NCBI RefSeq assembly: GCF_004010195.1
Contig: NC_057719.1
Span: 1,940,749 to 2,004,748, forward strand
Length of the DNA: 64,000 nt
From: Chiloscyllium plagiosum
Taxonomy: Eukaryota
Reading direction: 5' to 3'
Positions within the stretch are counted from its first letter, which is position 1. Each line of letters begins with the position of its first letter. The notes under the pieces were generated by a model. It was not told where the DNA came from, ran no database searches, and worked only from the letters and a program-made list of their open reading frames with translations. This document shows positions 60,530 through 64,000 of the stretch, piece by piece. Made by a program: the position numbers and the translations under genes.

Positions 60530-62350
60530 GCCTGTCTGTGTGACTGACTGACTGAACTCTCGATAGTGCGCACCTGTCTCTGTGTGACTAACTGACCCCT
60601 CGATAGAGCGGCCCTGTCTCTGTGTGACTAACTGACTGACCCCTCGATAGTGTGGCCCTGTCTCTGTGTGACTAACTGACCCCTCGATAGTGCGGCCCTG
60701 TCTCTGTGTGACTGACTGACTGACCCCTCAATAGTGCGGCCCTGTCTCTGTGTGACTGACTGACTGACCCCTCGATAGTGCGGCCCTGTCTCTGTGTGAC
60801 TGACTGACTGACCCCTCGATAGTTCGGCTCTGTCACTATGTGGCTGACTGACCCCTCAATAGTGCTGCCCTGTCTCTGTGTGACTGACTGATCCCACGAT
60901 AGTGCGGCTCTGTCTCTATGTGGCTGACTGACCCCTCAATAGTACTGCCCTGTCTCTGTGTGACTGACTGACTGACCCCTTGATAGTGCAGCCCTGTCTC
61001 TGTGTAACTGACTGACGCCTCGATAGTGCGGCTCTGTCTCTATGTGGCTGACTGACCTCTCAATAGTGCGGCCCTGTCTCTGTGTGACTGACTGACTGAC
61101 CCCTCGATAGTGCGGCCCTGTCTTTGTGTGACTAACTGACCCCTTGATAATGTGAACCTGTCTCTGTGTGACTGACAGACTGACACATCGATAGTGCGGC
61201 CCTGTCTCTGTGTGAGTGACCCCTCGACAATGTGGCCCTGTCTCTGTGCGACTGACTGACTGACCCCTCGATAGTGTGACCCTGTCCCTGTGTGACTGAC
61301 TGACTGACCCCTCGATAGTGCGGCCCTGCCTCTGTGTGACTGACTGACTGACCCCTCGATAGTGCGGCCCTGTCTCTGTGTGACTGACTGACTGACCCCT
61401 CGATAGTGCGGCCCTGTCTCTGTGTGACTGACTGACTGACCCCTCGATAGTGCGGCCCTGTCTCTGTGTGACTGACTGACTGACCCCTCGATAGTGCGGC
61501 CCTGTCTCTGTGTGACTGACTGACTGACCCCTCGATAGTGCGGCCCTGTCTCTGTGTGACTGACTGATGACTGACTGACCTCTCGATAGTGCGGCCCTGT
61601 CTCTGTGTGACTGACTGACTGACTAACCTCTCGATAGTGCGGCCCTGTCTCTGTGTGACTGACTGACTGACTAACCTCTCGATAGTGCGGCCCTGTCTCT
61701 GTGTGACTGACTGACTGACTAACCTCTCGATAGTGCGGCCCTGTCTCTGTGTGACTGACTGACTGACTAACCTCTCGATAGTGCGGCCCTGTCTCTGTGT
61801 GACTGACTGACTGACTAACCTCTCGATAGTGCGGCCCTGTCTCTGTGTGACTGACTGACTGACTAACCTCTCGATAGTGCGGCCCTGTCTCTGTGTGACT
61901 GACTGACTGACTAACCTCTCGATAGTGCGGCCCTGTCTCTGTGTGACTGACTGACCCCTCGATAGTGCGGTCCTCTCTCTGTGTGACTGACTGACTGACT
62001 AACCTCTCGATAGTGCGGCCCTGTCTCTGTGTGACTGACTGACCCCTCGATAGTGCGGTCCTCTCTCTGTGTGACTGACTGACTGACTAACCTCTCGATA
62101 GTGCGGCCCTGTCTCTGTGTGACTGACTGACCCCTCGATAGTGCCTGTCTCTGTGTGACTGACTGACTGACCCCTCGATAGTGCGGCCCTGTCTCTGTGT
62201 GACTGACTGACTGACCCCTCGATAGTGCAGCCCTGTCTCTGTGTGACTGACTGACCCCTCGATAGTGCGGCCGTGTCTCTGTGTGACTGACTGACCCCTC
62301 GATAGTGCGGCCGTGTCTCTGTGTGACTAACTGACTGACCCCTCGATAGT
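60530..62350. repeat. Compound minisatellite: 30-nt core CCYCTCGATAGTGCGGCCCTGTCTCTGTGT + variable (GACT)n, units about 36-48 nt
   Basis: Directly visible; homogeneous blocks of 44-nt and 48-nt units. Confidence 0.97.
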
Positions 62351-62941
62351 TTGGCCTGATCAGTGGGTAAATGACTCCAGGACAGTGTAGTTTTGACACT
62401 AGCTGACTGACAGGATTATTAATGCTGGCTGTGGACACTTTGCTGTCAATGTAGATGCTATCACAGACATCGTAAACAGGCCCTGCTAGTGTTCCTCAAC
62501 TAGTATTGTAAATTGATTTGTGTGTTATTATCTCGCTCTGCTGTTGAAAGGACAATTATTTATAAAAATTATTATCAGACACAGGATAATTCACGGAGTA
62601 ATACAAGCCCAGTGTCATAGCAGTGAAGTTGGGACTGAGAAACAGGGTCTGCTGTGATGGGCGAGTCTGTCCCTTTGATCCACTGCAGCTGCCCCCAGTT
62701 AGTGATTGCATCCAGTTTCTGCTGGACTGAGCAGTGAATGAAGCCAAATCTCTGACATACAACTTTACTCTAGAAAGGAAAATAGTGTTGAGAGATTTGG
62801 AGCGGGTGACTTCACCAAGTGTTCACAGGGCCAGGAAGATGTCTTTCACCTGGAATCAGACAGTACAGAAAAGGCCCTTTGGCCCATTGAGTCAGTACTG
62901 CTGCAGTCCATGTCTGTTTTGTCCTGGTCAGAATTTACCCC

Positions 62942-63155
62942 TCAGAGTCAAGAGAGTGGTGCTGGAAGGACACAGCAGGTCAGGCTGCATCCAAGGAGCA
63001 GGGGAATTGACGTTTCAGGCAGAAGTCCTTCATCAGGAGGGCTTAGGCCTGAAACATCGATTCTCCTGCGCCTTGGATGCTGCCTGACCTGCTGTGTCCT
63101 TCCAGCACCACTCTCTTGACTCTGATTTCCAGCATCTGCAATCCTCACTTTCTCC
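62942..63155. mobile_element. Fold-back pLTR insertion
   Basis: ~85-bp inverted arms (tcagagtcaagagagtggtgctggaaggacacagcaggtcagg...) meeting at cttcatcaggagggc. Confidence 0.85.
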
Positions 63156-64000
63156 TAGTGTTTAACCTGAACCAACATCACTTTAAGTTAATCAAATTAG
63201 TTCTGAAGAGCAAACTGTTAACTGTTTCTTTCTCTCCATAGATGTTGCCAGGCCTGCTAAGTTTCTCCAGGTGTGTGTGTCTGTGTGTGTGTGTGTGTGT
63301 GTGTGTCTATGTGTGTGTGTGTCACTTTCTTATATATCTATCATAACCTTGCTTTGTGGGGACTCATAATGTGAATTTGGTTTCTTTGTCCCAACAATGA
63401 CTAGACTTCATCACTCATTGGATGCAAACTGCTTTGGGACATCTTGGGATCACAAAAGGTGCTATATAAATGCAAGCTCTTCACTTTCTAATAGCTTAGA
63501 CTCTCCTTGAACATTGCTGGGGCCTGACCCAGTTTTCTGCCCAGGGTCAAACAGCTCCACTGAGGTGGAACAAGGGACGAATTGGTCACCTTGCAACCAT
63601 CGGTAAATGGCAGCCCGTGTCCCAGAGTGGGGGCAGATCCATGGAGGATGGGGCTGCCTCGCTAACACCTATTGGATCCTCTCAGAATAGGATCATATTC
63701 GACCATGAGCCACCTCTGGGCGATTAGCTTGCTGGCATCCATGCTCTTCACTTGTTTCTCAAGCGTGAACATGAATTAACCCAACTATTCAGGCAATAAT
63801 GTAGAGTTGGGGAGGGGTTTATGTGAGGGCGTCCAGAGAGGCGCTCTGATCCCTGCAGGGTTACCAGGAAATCTCGTCTGGCAGCAGGTGAAGGGAAGTT
63901 CCGAGGCAGCAGAAAGGGTTAACTGACAGCAGGAACGGGAGAAAGCTGTAAGTGAGAGCTTTCATGTTTCAGACATGTACAGCCCTGTTCCCTTACCAGA

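Noticed and set aside
15695..62350. CRISPR-like appearance of the 33-bp and 36-48-bp arrays
   Set aside because: Head-to-tail units with no unique spacers, no cas genes, and a vertebrate context.
62942..63155. Palindromes as DNA-transposon MITEs or pre-miRNA genes
   Set aside because: The arms are the terminal repeat of GIY-YIG-coding Penelope elements in the same window, are asymmetric in length, and have variable 13-14 bp TSDs. No small-RNA evidence.

Overview
Eukaryotic, intron-rich DNA. The SINE/LINE content (HE1-like V-SINEs, CR1 LINEs) points to a cartilaginous fish (shark); this is an inference. There are five assembly gaps. The only host gene is NUDT14 (UDP-glucose pyrophosphatase, Nudix family) on the + strand, with four coding exons at 9822-9865, 26697-26761, 32278-32515 and 52938-53202. 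They splice in frame through canonical GT-AG sites, and the first coding exon appears to lie upstream of the window. The rest is mostly decayed retroelements (CR1 and related LINEs, an RTE-like fragment, several tRNA-derived SINE families, Penelope-like elements with GIY-YIG endonucleases) plus four minisatellites. The most striking non-coding signal is about 20 minimal type-I hammerhead ribozyme motifs (CUGANGA-N-stem II-GAAA-palindromic stem III-NUH) in about five sequence families, all in Penelope-type terminal repeats. These repeats also appear as ~125-230 bp TSD-flanked solo or fold-back insertions that start or invert at the ribozyme. Within the NUDT14 introns, sense-strand copies are mostly mutated while antisense copies are mostly intact. 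TE boundaries are approximate and family names come from recalled motifs, not database searches.
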